A stretch of 61,514 nt of DNA, the filler included, from Platydemus manokwari (taxonomy: Eukaryota), in assembly GCA_037951405.1 (NCBI GenBank). It is 6 parts of 6 records of this genome, joined end to end, with 100 filler letters (N's around TTAATTAATTAA, not from the genome) between each part and the next. Parts side by side here need not be neighbours in the genome. Positions count along the whole stretch, not along the records: positions 1 to 9,865 come from JBBMOY011195210.1; positions 9,966 to 19,639 come from JBBMOY011219876.1; 4 more parts are not named here. The stretch is one strand, 5' to 3'. This document shows, one piece after another, positions 1-13,755 of the stretch. The notes under the pieces are model-generated. The model did no database searches, had not been told where the DNA came from, and saw only the letters and a list, made by a program, of their open reading frames with translations. Positions within the stretch are counted from its first letter, which is position 1; each line of letters opens with the position of its first letter. The translations under genes were made by a program, and so were the position numbers.

Positions 1-1203
1 TTTGATATTTATGGGACTCCCATTTGTTACAATCTTGTGTTTTACTAACTTTGTACAACCGATGTCCCAATGGTCAGTCATAAATACGTTACTATTCGCT
101 TTTAATATTCTCCAATCTAAAAAGCGATGAAGTGTTAGCCACTAACAGATAAGATGGATCGACTTAAGTTGTATGAATGCAAGAATCCACATGAACAAAT
201 ACCAGATCATGATAAATACAACGAGAGGAATGATAAATAAGGAAATAGACATCAATGAGATAATTTACATAAACATGTGGTACTATGAGAGAAGTAATTT
301 AAAGTTATTAATTCATAGAGAACAAATAGAAATGAATCCAGCAGCAATAAAATTAAGATCAATTTACAAATCATTAATTAGTCAGGTCACTCAAATAATT
401 AGTTAACGAGCACCAATGAAAATGAAAATAATCCCTACAACAAAAAAGGCACCAGTAGAAATAAAAGGATTAGTAGAACTTCTATATATACTAGGAGTTG
501 TAATATTGAGTATAATTATAATTCTAATCGGAGTTTTAGTATATAATGAAACTAAATGGTGTGGTTTAGTTTATCATACCCTGTATAGCAATAATGAAAT
601 AGGATTTCTGTATATAAATAATTTAAGTGTATATCGTATAGAAATTGTATAAATTGAATATATTAGTAGATGAATGCTTTTTAATGTATAGAAATAGTTT
701 AAGTTTGATAAATAGGAAATAATTTTAGAATTGTAAATATACAATACATAACCGAATGAGTAATGACAATTTTAAATATATAAGTTGAATTTAAATATCT
801 TTATATGTACGTATATGTAGAACTAAATGTGTAATAATTCTCATAATAATTGGGATAAAGGAAAAAAACCTCCCACATCTCTTTCGATGTTTCTATTTAC
901 AATTTACCAATCTTCGACATTCAAGCGGGTCTGGATTTACAATATTGCAGTATAACTAATACCCCAATCTACCCTGAGATGAACAGTCGTTCTTCGTTTC
1001 GAACATCAGAAGCCATAAATCAGACAAATTTAGTTTTCTACAGTCAGTATTCCTTAACTTAATCGAACTAGAGTTCTAATTCCCGGGAAATTTAACCAAT
1101 CGAAAAGCAAATACTCGTCACCGATAACCCAGAGGAATACAGCAAAAAAACCATTCCAAAACAAGTAGTTTACTCAAAACGTGAGGACACGTTTTCCCTG
1201 TGC

Positions 1204-1236
1204 CCCCAGTAGTGTTGGGGTTCTGGCTCAACTAGT
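1204..1236 (+). mobile_element. Possible Helitron 3' terminus (hairpin + CTAG|T)
   Basis: CCCCA-N7-TGGGG hairpin at 1204-1220, then 11 nt, then CTAG (1232-1235) followed by T. This is the Helitron end geometry, but the stem is short. Confidence 0.3.
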
Positions 1237-1818
1237 TACATAAAACAGTTAATTTACATTGAAAAATATTTGAGTAACATTTGCATGCCAGTACGTATAA
1301 AACATGTATTAATTTTTATTGTATTAATTTTTATTTAATTTTGCATGTATTTTTATGATTTTATTTCAATTGGATATTTGAACAACAACTATGCGGAAAT
1401 ATTGATATTTATAATAATAATTATTTATATATATGTGAAATATGTAAAGTAAGGCCGTACCTATAAAATACCAATCTATATTATATACAGTATCTTGTAT
1501 CTCATATTATAGAGTTTGTTGCTCAAACATCTTTTGATTCGGTTTTTCTCTAACAGAAGGACGTATTAACCGCTATTATCTTGAAATTGTAAGCCATCTT
1601 GAAAACATATTGGTGTATAATGTAGTTTTAACATAATTTTTTTAGTTTATTCTTTTATGTTTGTTAATTAGTTTTGGTATCATATTTAATAAATATTTGT
1701 AGCATTAAAGCTTTAGTTTTTTCTTCATCATATAGGGATCATAAAATCATAGTTCGTAGTTCTTGTAAAGAAATACAGTGAATAGTTTTAAAAGGGTTTA
1801 ATTATTTTTGAGTCTGAT

Positions 1819-2022
1819 TATTAGGTTAAATAAAATATATCACTACTGCCACACCTATTGTCATCATACAATAAAGCTGTGCGAGGTGAAAGAACAACAA
1901 TATACGGTAAATTAAGCCTGTGGCCTTAATCAATAACTCATAGAGACTGATTAAGACGGTAATGATATCAAATAGGATTAAGCTTATTAAAACAAATAAT
2001 TCAATAACGCTCGAACCTAACA
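1819..2022. mobile_element. Possible degenerate solo LTR or small element with inverted ends
   Basis: Ends TATTAGGTT...AACCTAACA form an inverted pair with one mismatch to TG...CA. The internal GACTGATTAAGAC recurs at 8076-8088. No TSD seen. Confidence 0.25.
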
Positions 2023-2939
2023 AAATTTTCTGCTAAAGCTACCATAGAATTTTGAATATTTTGTAAGGTAAGGTTATTAATCTTGCCAAACCTTCAAAAT
2101 ATGAGAAAAAGAATTACTTTTGGAGTACAAAATATATCAAATAGATCTTTAAATTACATTGTTTGAGGAGACAAATGATTAAACAATCAAGGTAACTGAT
2201 TAAAAATTGGATATTCCTTTGGAATATTTATGTAAATATCTTACATACTTAATATAATGAATGAAATTTGGAACTCATCGGCTGAAATAAATGGATCAAC
2301 AATGAGAGGTTATTGATTAAAGAATCGATTCGAGAGAAGAATTTACATTTTTTTATGACCATTAACTCTCGTAGAGAATATTTTCTATTTTTAATCTTTA
2401 TTTCTTGAAGTGACAATTTTATGAATGTGTATTTTTGGTAATTTGATCTATTATAATTTATAGAATTATTTTCAATAATTTTATATCGCAACATTTTTTA
2501 TTAAGAGCGACTTGAGACATTATAGTAGCAGAATAATAATAAAAATTATTTGAGTTTAGAGAGTTATCATATTTATACCTGGTTCTTGAGAACTTCAATA
2601 GCTCTTATGCTAACAATACTATAAGTGAATAAACTGATATAAGCTCATAAAATATTCAATTATAAATTATAAAAATGTTTTTTTCAAATGTCGAAAGTTG
2701 TTTAAATAACTTATTGAATTGGGGCTTAAAATTTGAGTGCTCTATTGCATTGAAGATTAAAGGGATTGTATGTTAGATGAATTAGTGTTTATCCGGGGTA
2801 TTATAGGTATATTTTTGATTTTTAAGATGTATTAGAATTAGGTAATTGAGATGAATAATGAGTAGTGTATTCCTCAACAAAAATGGGAAATTGTGATGAA
2901 TGATAATCAAGATAATCAGAATCAATTAAAAAAAAATCT

Positions 2940-3200
2940 CAATTTGAGACAAATAATTCCAATAGATTTCGCAAGTTTAAAAAAAAGGTCAATACAGTGC
3001 CTATCTCGTAAATGTAATGGTTTCATAACAAATAAAATGATATTCACTTCAGATTATGGATGATCGGAACTACATCTCTACCTAAAGAGTATTCAGAAAA
3101 GCATATGACCAACTAAATCATAAAAACATGGTGGAAAGAATGAGAATGAAACGTGCTTTCTTGGACAAGATTGTTACTGCAGATGTTTTTCAAATTATTC
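2940..3200 (+). mobile_element. Decayed non-LTR (LINE) reverse transcriptase fragment
   Basis: FRKAYDQLNHKNM from 3092 resembles the LINE RT DxxKAFDxVxH motif. Upstream IIPIDFASLKKRS resembles QxGFxxxRS. Interrupted by stops and frameshifts. Confidence 0.4.
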
Positions 3201-4820
3201 TTCAAATATTCTACTAGAGAACATAAAAACCTATCTGTAAGATATCCACTAATGCTGAACATTCAAAAATGTAATTATAATCAAAGTTTTACTTTAAAAT
3301 CAAATTATAAATATATGCACTCTAAATCACATTAAAAACAAAGTCAATAACAACGGGATCAAGACCCGACAAATAGAATAAAAACAGATACACTGACCAT
3401 AAAAATTGGTCATTAGAATAATCACTCAGAAAAGTAAAACAGTTAAAAATTACAGACAAAAAGGCTGGTACTTATCTCCCAGATCCGACTCCTTTCATAG
3501 ACTTTTGTTCCTCTTTATCTGTTCCCTTAACCTTCTCTATTCGCTGAGACATTCTACCTACTAATTTGTTTGTAGGTTTTCTTCTAACTGTTCTGTCATT
3601 GGATTATTTTGATGTCTCGCCTCTTGTTGATATGAGCAAATTGATAATCAAATTCTAATTATGGATTGATATTTTGGAGGTATTTGTGCATTCATCGAGT
3701 TTGTGTATCAAATCTTCTGAGGGTTTTCGTGGATATCTTGCTTTGGTTTTGTTTCACATCAACAGATTGCAAAGGTTGGAGAATTTGTATTTGATTAATT
3801 GACAGTAGTAAAAAAATTTCTGAACATTAAGCAGAATGGTCGCAGCAAACTAAAAAAAATGGGGTTTGCCAACCCCTAAAAGGCGTTCTCAGTCACATAA
3901 TCTCAATTCCTTGTTTAGCCGATTATTTAAATTATTCTGAACAGACAAAAGCGCAATGCGAGCTAAAATGAATTGTACTTCAATGCATCGACAATTTACA
4001 TGTTACTCAATGGAAATAAAGAGCATAAAAATGGTTATGAATTGAGGAATTATTTTCAGATTCATCTCAGTTTCAAAAGACTCCAAGAAAGAAAATTAAG
4101 ACATTCTTATATTCCCTAAGATTCCAAATCAAATATCTGGCCGAGAGAGCAATAGTCAATTACACTGCTTCATATGTCTTCAAATAGATCATTAATAAGT
4201 AACTGTAGAAATCAAATTTATCGACAATTTACTGACAATCAGAACTTGCCTTAATAGAGAATCTCGAATTTTCTTTGAATAAGGCAGGAAAATTTACATT
4301 GCGCGTAAAGTTTAACATAAAACCTATTTCAAAATACTCAACACTAAACACTGAACATTCAAAGACAAATGTGGTGTTATTGTTGTATTAATTTTGGACA
4401 TCTATAAAGAGAGTGAATCTTAAATTAAAATTAATTACAACATATGATTTTCAAAGCAAGGTTAATTTTCATGATTCGGAGAATAAGGTAAATAAAATGT
4501 TTTAAGATGATAAAGAGAAGCGGCACATATTACTATCAATGATGAGAGGTAAAGTAAATTTCAAGATTGAAAGACTGAGAAGGGACAACCTGAAGAGACA
4601 ACTTAAGAGAAATGTTTAAAAATTAAAATAGATAAAATATAAATTGCGATATTGGAAGGCGAAGTGAAGAATCTTCGAAAGCCACTAGACGATTGGAAAA
4701 CAGATCTAATAAGTCATCTATAAGAATTCAAAACGCAGTCGAGACCCTGAAAGCTTGTGAAAGAACTGTGTAGAGTTCTTATACACACAGTTAATCATAG
4801 CTATTGTATCCGAAATCTAA

Positions 4821-5030
4821 TCAAGTTTGTAATGGACTTGTTGGGTCGATAAATATATTCCAATCGGAAGGAATTGATTTAGTGTCTAAGCATTTTTCAA
4901 GGATAAGTAAAAGAATTTCATTCCGAGTCAGCATATGAAATGTTCTTGTAGCTGATCTTGTTTTTCCATTTTTCTTCAAGATAGTGTTATTTTTCTGAGA
5001 ATTAGTAAAATCCAAGAGAAAGACTTTCAT
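4821..5030 (-). mobile_element. Decayed LINE ORF2 fragment
   Basis: ILLLILEKCLDTKSIPSDWN matches the CR1/Jockey-type LxxIFNxSLxTGxIPxDWK motif that precedes the RT domain. Confidence 0.45.
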
Positions 5031-8000
5031 TAATGCTTTTTTGAATTTTGTTTATAATTTGGAAAAATTCGATTCAATTACCAACTTGTCGTAGTCTCTT
5101 TATGATTGGATGTTCATAAGTGTGATTTTTTTTGTTCGAAAAAGTTTTCCTAAGATATTCGGGATAAAATTTATAAAGTTATTTTACTCCAATCTAAACA
5201 GAAGTAAACTATAAATACAAACTTATTTTACTAAGATTAATAACATATTCTTTCAGAAACAACGAGATGCATAATATCAAGTTTTTTTGTCGAGTATTAA
5301 AAGAAGTACTAAAATACTTTATGATTGACAAATTATTTTTGAAGATCATCCACAAGTAATCATTAAAATAATAATATCAAAAATATTCTATGAACATTCC
5401 AGATGCATGAAAAACTATCCTAACTATCATCCCTAACATGCCATTCAGAAATTCGACAATATCTTATCCAATAAAATTCAATAATTAAAAAAATTTCAAT
5501 AAATTTTATAGAAATGTACAAATAGTAAAATCAATATGATTCATTATATTTTTTGTTAAGGACCTGAAAAAAATATTTTTGTCAAATTGGTAAAACATAA
5601 TAAATATTTGTACATGCCTTAAACTTTGACATTCTTGATTTTCTTGGTTTATAAGCCTGAAAATAAAATTAAGTTAAATTAAAAACTATAAAATTGATAG
5701 AAATATAATGCTTGATACAAAACAAGATAATTCCAAGAAAGTTATTGATTTTCATGTGAAATCACTAACACTTTGGGAAACTGAACTATCGGTCTGAATA
5801 ATTGAATATTTTGTATTAATAAAATTAATAAATAAATAACTTTGAGACGTTTGAAAGTGTTCTGAATAACAACTTTTTAAAAAAAGTCTTTAATTATCAA
5901 ATTATCTTACGATATCTACAGTCGTGTTTTCGGACTAAATAAATGAAGTTATTGAAATGTATTGAATATTACAAAGTTTTACTTTAGATGTAAATAATAA
6001 CATTTTAGCCTAAAATTTATAAATACTCGTCAAAATATTGATAAATATCAAAAAATTAATTAATAAAATGATAGAACATATTATTATTTTGATTTCAACA
6101 AAAAATTAAATAATTACTTAAACACTTTAGTGATAAATTAGGTTTGAAATTTTCGAAGGATAAATGTTACTTTTAAAATATTTTCAAAAAGTAATTTTTT
6201 CAAAAGAATAAGAATTATAAGAGATAGCCAAGGGAATTATTTTAGTTTTCTGAAAATGTAAAATAAATGTCTATAAACAAAATGACGTGTTTTGAGGTTG
6301 CTTGTTTAATTTTATTATCAGTCTCTATATATTATATCTTATTGTGGATCAATGCCGTCTTGACCAGTCTCTGTGAGCTCTGATCAACCTCTTAAGGTAC
6401 ACTTTTTGAAACTTTATTTTATAATCTTGTCTTCACCTCGCTATCTATACTACATGAAGATAGTATAATAGACAGCAATGATCCAAATGTTATATTTTAC
6501 AACTATCAGTCTCAAAGTTGTTCACAATCTGTCTTAAATTTTAATGTCTTATAACTATATCTTATCTAATCAACAACTCAACAACCAATTGATTACAATA
6601 ACGTTTATTGATTACGAAATATACGCCAAATATAAAAATTATACAAATTGTTTTGTTTAAACTATACTATACAACGATAAAATAAACCTAGACGATGACA
6701 CCCACAATTCTGGAGAATAAGAACAGTTGCAAAATTCAACTCAGGAAGCTGAACCTTTACCCGTAAGAATTTATTGTGAGACAAAGCTCTATAGTTCGAT
6801 GATATAACGATACAATAAATAATATTGATTATCAGTTTACAGTATCAATCTACCTCACTTATTTTCTGGACGAAAACACAATAAATATAATGGCTTTGAA
6901 CAAAAAATCGATTGGCACATAATGTAAGGCTCCTATGACAAATATGTATGTTGGGGATTCGGCAGCTCATTATAACAATCCAATGTAACAATTTTGATCC
7001 TCAACTGTGACTTGAATAGCATTAATAATGCAAGGCCTGGTCGTACAGGCATTATTTTTTTTGACATTTTTTATAAATGTATCAATTTTGTATTAATTTT
7101 TAGGCTTGATTATTCAAGCGGTAACTTTTGTATCAATTTTGATGTAAAGCTTGATTCATCAAGCATTGTATCTTATTTTTTATCTTTTTAATTAAATTTT
7201 TATAATCAAGCTTTTGAGTGATTTGTCGAATTAATTATAATTATAATTATAGTAATTATAATAATGTTTATGAAAGTAATACGGTTAATAAAAAATAATA
7301 AGTTTTACCTTACAATGAAATTTTGGTTATTAAATGTAAAAATATTATATTATTTATATTCTAAAATAAATTACCGGGTTTTATTCTGTTAAAATAAATG
7401 GAAAATCTTTTGGAAATAAATATAATTGTACCCATTTTCGTCAATAATCCGTGACGATTTAATTCGTCTAACGATTCATATAAATAGGATGGAAAAAGTC
7501 ATAATTTTCGAACCATGGCCTGTTACACAAAAACCGAATATTGCGTGAGGTTGTATTCGTCAATTTCGTGAAGTTCGTATTTGATCCGAACCATATCTTG
7601 CTATAGCCGTTGTTCAAATATATGCCAATCAACGTAAGTCTGATCATATATAAAATACTGATCGATATTATAGCGTTCGTGTATATTTTTTGACTATAGA
7701 GCTTTGTCTCAAATTCATTGAAAGGTGGTTTTGCTGCAAGAGTGTGCAGACAATTAACCGTTAACCTTCCCCAGAAGCTTGATAAGGTTGTTCGTGTATT
7801 TTTTATAGTTTTATTTAACCATTGTAAACCTTAGTAATTTATATAAGTGTCATAGTAGCTTTGGTGTAAATAACTTTGTTATTGATTTTGTTATTTTGAG
7901 TTGAGACTGATACCATCAATAGTGATAATTAAAAGTGAAAATAATTTAATTAAAATCTACATAATGTTAATATAGTTATAATATTAGTAATAAATATTGA

Positions 8001-9865
8001 TCATTGTTGCCGTTCGAAATTTATTTATAAATAGGTTCTATAATTCGTACCTAGGGCTTGATCAGAACCACGTGTGACTGATTAAGACAACAGTGATCAA
8101 TAATAATAAGAATAAATTGATTTTTCGAGACTGATAAGGTTAAGGTTTAATAGAAATAAAATTAGCAAGCCCCAAACGCAATTTGTATCCTGAACTTCAC
8201 GTATTCTTCGTAATGTTAAATTGGGCTTCTTCTCAGTGGTTTCAAAATTTGTAATGGGCGAGTTGTGATGGTTTAAATTCCTATTTATATTTTTTTGCGG
8301 CGCTTTTTTTAATTTCCTCGAATAAAATATGTAGGTACAATTTTTAGAAAAATGCTTTATTTTTAAACTATGAAGGCTCTTATTTTCCCGAAAGTTCATT
8401 TTATTAGCCTTTTAACTAATTGATATATATATATATACATATATTTTTCAATTTTAAATAAATATCGTAATAAATTATTGTGTAGTAATATATTTTCCAG
8501 ATTATAGGCTTACCATAAAATAAAATTATCGCTACATTGCAATAAACTTAAAAATATCGATACAATGCGCAGAAAATAAAAAATAGTTGCTTCATGCAAG
8601 AACAACTAAATGTTTCGATTTTTAGCATCATCATAAAAATTTAATCAACTTTAGGCGTCAATGATTATTACATTTTCTACCAGCTAAAAATCGTTACAAA
8701 ACTAATTAATATTTTCCAATTAACTATTTACAACCAAATAATAAAAATTATAAATTACTATATTATACACAGAATACTTCATACATTCTACTTTTATACA
8801 CCGAATATTGTCATTATCAAATAATTACATAAGATATTGTTATAGTCGAACTTGTCACATCTTGTAAGAACCCCAACAAAAAATCTAATAAAATTTTATT
8901 CTTGAAAAGAACTGAAGAAAGAAGTGCTTTTAAGAATGACAATGCGATGTTTATAAAAGAAAATTTTCAATTTCCACTTCAGATATATGTTGTAACTTAA
9001 AATTTGCGAGAAAACTAAAAATCCATATAATAATGGAAATATATCATAGCGTAGTGAATACTTGAAGAAATATGAATGTCACTTACAAAGCCTTATTTAA
9101 TTTAACTAATATTAATATTCTATCATTTTATAAATAAATTCATAAATAACACTTCACCGGATCAACATTTCCTTTCAGTCTTCGAACTCTCTACAAAAAT
9201 ATATCTTTAAATAGAAATACCTTAATTATAAACTTTTCAGCAACTAATCGTAAGTAAATATAATTTATGCATCGATTGTCTAATTCAGATTTCAATAAGA
9301 GGTCTCAAATTTTGTGTTGATTTAATTTTTACATTTTACTTATTTTCACCTAATTTTTTCACCATCCATAGTTAGTTAATCAAAATAAACTAAGTAAAAA
9401 ATATTTTTCATCACCCAATTCAACAAATTTGTTATTTCAGATTTTAAAAAAATGAAATTCATATATTGTACTGATATTAAAAGAAATTGGTTATTATTAA
9501 TCTATACTAAATTATGCAATGAAAAATTACCCGAGTTCGAATATATATGCGTGCCAGTGTGCGTATAATTTTAAAATTGAGAACTCTTAGTTGAAAGTAA
9601 TTAAAAGTGTTTTAAAATATAATTTTACATTTAACAGAATTGTATCATCTGCAAGCTAAAAAATTAAAAATGCTCAAAATTCAATGTTAAAACAATTTTT
9701 ATTACTATTTTCATAGCTAAGATTGTATAGAGGTTTTCAGCTGTGGGTTCATACGGTAACTTAAAAGAAAATTTAAATGAACCATTAAAAATAAAACCTT
9801 AAAGGGACCATTGGTAAGCGCTTTAACAAAAAACGATAGTTTTGGTACAAGCAGCTAAAAATAAT

Positions 9866-9965
9866 NNNNNNNNNNNNNNNNNNNNNNNNNNNNNNNNNNN
9901 NNNNNNNNNTTAATTAATTAANNNNNNNNNNNNNNNNNNNNNNNNNNNNNNNNNNNNNNNNNNNN
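9866..9965. other. Artificial contig spacer
   Basis: 44 N + TTAATTAATTAA (stops in all six frames) + 44 N, exactly 100 bp. Confidence 0.97.
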
Positions 9966-10143
9966 TAATTAATATCAGTATTTACATATTTTAAATATTA
10001 AAAAAATAATTTATTATTATTCGTTATTATTAGTTATTAGTAATTATTGGTTATTAATTATTCATTTTTTTCCAGTTCTAATGTAAAAAATTGACAATAT
10101 TTTCTAAAATTAAATTGATTTATTTAAATTAATTTAGTTTAAT

Positions 10144-10350
10144 NNNNNNNNNNNNNNNNNNNNNNNNNNNNNNNNNNNNNNNNNNNNNNNNNNNNNNNNN
10201 NNNNNNNNNNNNNNNNNNNNNNNNNNNNNNNNNNNNNNNNNNNNNNNNNNNNNNNNNNNNNNNNNNNNNNNNNNNNNNNNNNNNNNNNNNNNNNNNNNNN
10301 NNNNNNNNNNNNNNNNNNNNNNNNNNNNNNNNNNNNNNNNNNNNNNNNNN
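10144..10350. other. Scaffold gap (207 N, no linker)
   Basis: Plain N run without the TTAATTAATTAA linker. Confidence 0.95.
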
Positions 10351-10542
10351 TAAATAAAAACAAAATTATTAAATAAAATAAACACAATTTATTTGATTTA
10401 ATATAGTTTTTTTTTTAATTTCCACTTACAATTTCTTTAATTTTTAAACAAAAAATTTATTTTTTATCAATATTTTAAAAGTAATTTAACTGTTTCTGAA
10501 TTTATCCATTTACTTAATTCCACCATTTTTCATTTCTTTCAG

Positions 10543-10764
10543 ATGCTTGTTAAGAAAATGTGTGGCTCCATTTCGATTGAGAGTGCATAGTAAATATAAT
10601 GCTGTCCAATCATGTGAATGTGAATGTCCGATCGGCAAAGAAAGGAAGTGTAATGCAATTTTGACCGGGAAAAGAAAATTCACTACATCAGAGTAATTGT
10701 TTTTGACACTTTTCTAATATCTTTCGGTAATTCAATTATAAACAGGTCTACTCATTCGTTTTAA
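10543..10764 (+). CDS. Last two exons (10543-10692, 10746-10764) of a Cys-rich protein, possibly a PDGF/VEGF-like (PVF) C-terminal region; 5' part missing
   Basis: Strong polypyrimidine CAG acceptor at 10542. 150-nt open exon CLLRKCVAPFRLRVHSKYNAVQSCECECPIGKERKCNAILTGKRKFTTSE, GTAATT donor, 53-nt intron, then STHSF*. Too short for the ORF track. Confidence 0.5.
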
Positions 10765-11351
10765 AGCTCTCTCTATCTACATATCATTCTGGAAAGAATG
10801 AATATAATTATTAAGGAAGCAAGCCGAGAATATAAGATGATAATTATATTATTTTCAAATAATTTCGATAAAACTCATGTGAGGCATTGCAAAAAAAATT
10901 GAATTACAAAAGCCATCTATCGAATTGGAATTGTTCATACATTATGTTTCTTTTTAGAGTTTTAGATACAAAGTAATTTGAAATAACCGATGAATAGTAA
11001 TTGAGAAATGTATCGTAAAACAAAATTAAGGAAGAAGTTTCAAATCTTATAGTTATTTATCAATGGAGACATATAGATAATATTCCGTAAATTTCATAAA
11101 TCATTACCAAACTCATATAATGATAAATCCAAAGATAATTTTAGGGAAACACGAAAATATTGTAAATCCAGACTAATTATTGACTTCACAATCTTAATGA
11201 AGGCCGATTGTTCGAAAAAGAAAAATTTGACAGTAATATCAAATGTTAATAAAATGAGAATTAAAATTTTCTATCATGTAAGTTAAATATTTGCTGAATT
11301 ATTGGGTCTTAGAATACTGACAGATATTGAAAATTTGCTAATATATGTATT

Positions 11352-11890
11352 CCGCTACTATTTTATAAGGCGCGCATTGAAAACGAACTCCAAATTCGTG
11401 ACACTAAATTATATTAACAATTATTTTATAAAAGTGGGATATATTTTTAAATTACAATTTATTATAAATCCTCATCACTCTTTCTTTAAAAATTTTGATT
11501 TTCTCTAAATTCTTTGTATTAAAATCTAAAGATAAAATTCTCAATATTCAAATTTCTATTCCTTTTCTACTTTATATCTTCTCAAAATTTTATTTATATC
11601 TTCTTTATATTTTTACTTTTCCTTCATCATATATTCTATAAAACATAGCTGTACCTTCTTCACGTCATCACTATATATTCCTTCTCTTCCATATTTTCAT
11701 GTCACATGTATCAACCTAATCGAATTGAAATATGTGGTTGCCATGAAAGCCGCTACTATTTTATAAAGCGCGCATTGTAAACGAACTGAAAATTCGCGAC
11801 ACCAAATTATATTTTAAATACAATTATTAAAACAAATAAATGTTTTATAAAAATAGAATAGATTTTAAATTTCAATTGAATATAAATCCC
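11352..11890 (+). repeat. Dispersed repeat family, tandem copies with ~398-bp period
   Basis: Core CCGCTACTATTTTATAAxGCGCGCATTGxAAACGAACTxxAAATTCGxGACACxAAATTATATT at 11352 and 11750, separated by a pyrimidine-rich tract. Confidence 0.8.
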
Positions 11891-12299
11891 CACTGCATAT
11901 AGATTATATTTTCGACTTGGTAAAATTTATATTAATCATTGGTCACAATAATGACTGCTTTTAATGAGTAAAATATAATTAGTGTGTTTGGGAGGTTCAT
12001 TTAGAATATATTTGACATAGACTCTGGAGTGCAATCTTGAATACAGTTTCAAAAATTCTCAATACTTTAATAAGTTCGAGTCTATCATGTTTTGTAATCA
12101 AATCAAATATCACACCTTTTATTTCTTTGTTAAATTTATTATTATTAATTTAATTTTGCATTGATATTATTAGTGGAATTGTTATTACAATTTTCATATC
12201 CAATTTCATAAGTCTATTTTGACTTTATCAATTTTATTACTTACAAACAGAGAGTAGATAAAATATTTTATCATTTATAATTTTATTTTATTTTGAAGC

Positions 12300-13755
12300 T
12301 ATTTCTGCATTCTTTCGGGGAAATGTTTGAAACCCCGGTGTTTCGTGCATCCATTGTCAGAAGAAAATCTGTATAATCGACAATGCCCCAATCAATAATT
12401 CGGTTATATATGAAAAATCGATTTTTCGATGTAGAATTTTCAAATTTGTATCATATCCAATGAATATTATTTTCATTATTCATAGCCCAGATTATTATAG
12501 GCATCTATTAACTTGGTTTGTGATCTTTACTGTTTGATTTATTCATGGAACTGTATTATTTTTGTTTCAATTATTATTATTATTACGATTAACAGATTTC
12601 ATTGAAAAAGAAAAATGGTTCAATATTTTGAATGAATGATAATAAATGGTTCTTACATTTGTGCCGAGTTTTTTATAGCCAAGCGTCATAGATATAGATA
12701 AATCGGATAATAAAAATGGAATTAGAATCGCACCGTAATTTATTCATTTACTGAAAATTATAATCAAAGTTTTATCTCCATACATTGTTAACTGTCATAA
12801 ATTATTTTCAAAAATTTCCACAACGTTTCGGAACTTGAAATATTTTGACAATTAATTAGCGCCGGTAAATCAGCATTTAATGTGATTGTGAAATTTATTA
12901 CCATTTTTAAAAGGAAATTTGGTTTTGAAAGGTTGAAATGACTTATACCACTTTCATAATCAAGGGCTCAAATGTAACCCTTTGAATTGATATTTGAAAA
13001 TGCTGATGAAAATCAACTGTCTCAGTATCGTCTTTACAAGTGATACAATAAAACTAATGAGCTGTTGGTATCTTTGCTTAATAAGGTTAATTAAAATATC
13101 CAATCAATTTGATATCCTTTATTACAGATTGCTCTTTAGAACATTTTGGTTAATAATAAATGATTAATTTTCTTCATTAATGTAAATATTTCTCTACTTT
13201 CTAATTCCATTTACTGGATTTTCAAAGGTTTAATGATGCTAAAATTTCACAGTAAATTTCGGAAACCACTGAAATAAGCAAAAATAAATAAACTGTTTTG
13301 CTTACCAGAACTTCTTAACTGATCTTAGACAGTATTTTGTTTAAACATAAATCGATATTTGGGAATATTGTCATTTTGAAAAATCATTTAAATACAAACA
13401 TGGATGATATTAACTTTTTATAAACATAGAAATTATTCAAATGAAAATAAAATCAAAACACATTTATTAAATTACTTAATTTAAAAACAAGTTTGTTCTG
13501 AGTTATCCATTCATTAGTAAAGAAGTACAGATATTTATAAAGATTTGATAAATATATATAAAGTTTTATAATTTATAATTTAGGTTAAAAATTCCAAAGT
13601 AAAATTTGCAAAATTTGATTATATAATCTGTATTTTAAAATAAATCAAAAAGGTTTGAAAATCTTTAACTTACCTCGATTCCAATAAATAAAGGTTGTTG
13701 CTGCTAAATAATCCATGGATACTAGAATCAAATAATATTTCAAATATAAATACAT
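12300..13755 (-). pseudogene. Decayed multi-exon gene with a Sushi/CCP-like remnant
   Basis: GTAAGT donor near 13672 and a GTAAGC...TTTCAG mini-intron near 13269-13305. Remnants YCEIL..ENPVNG and AICNKGYQ/LIG resemble CCP motifs. Many stops and frameshifts. Confidence 0.3.

Noticed and set aside
173-652. Two short ORFs, possibly a Penelope GIY-YIG tail
   Set aside because: Only vague similarity (WYYER..MN..IYKSLI) and no GIY-YIG core motif.
9910-9921. Recurrent TTAATTAATTAA as a biological motif
   Set aside because: Always centred in exactly 44+44 Ns, so it is a synthetic linker.
10134-10387. ORFs containing long X runs
   Set aside because: Artefacts of translating through an N gap.
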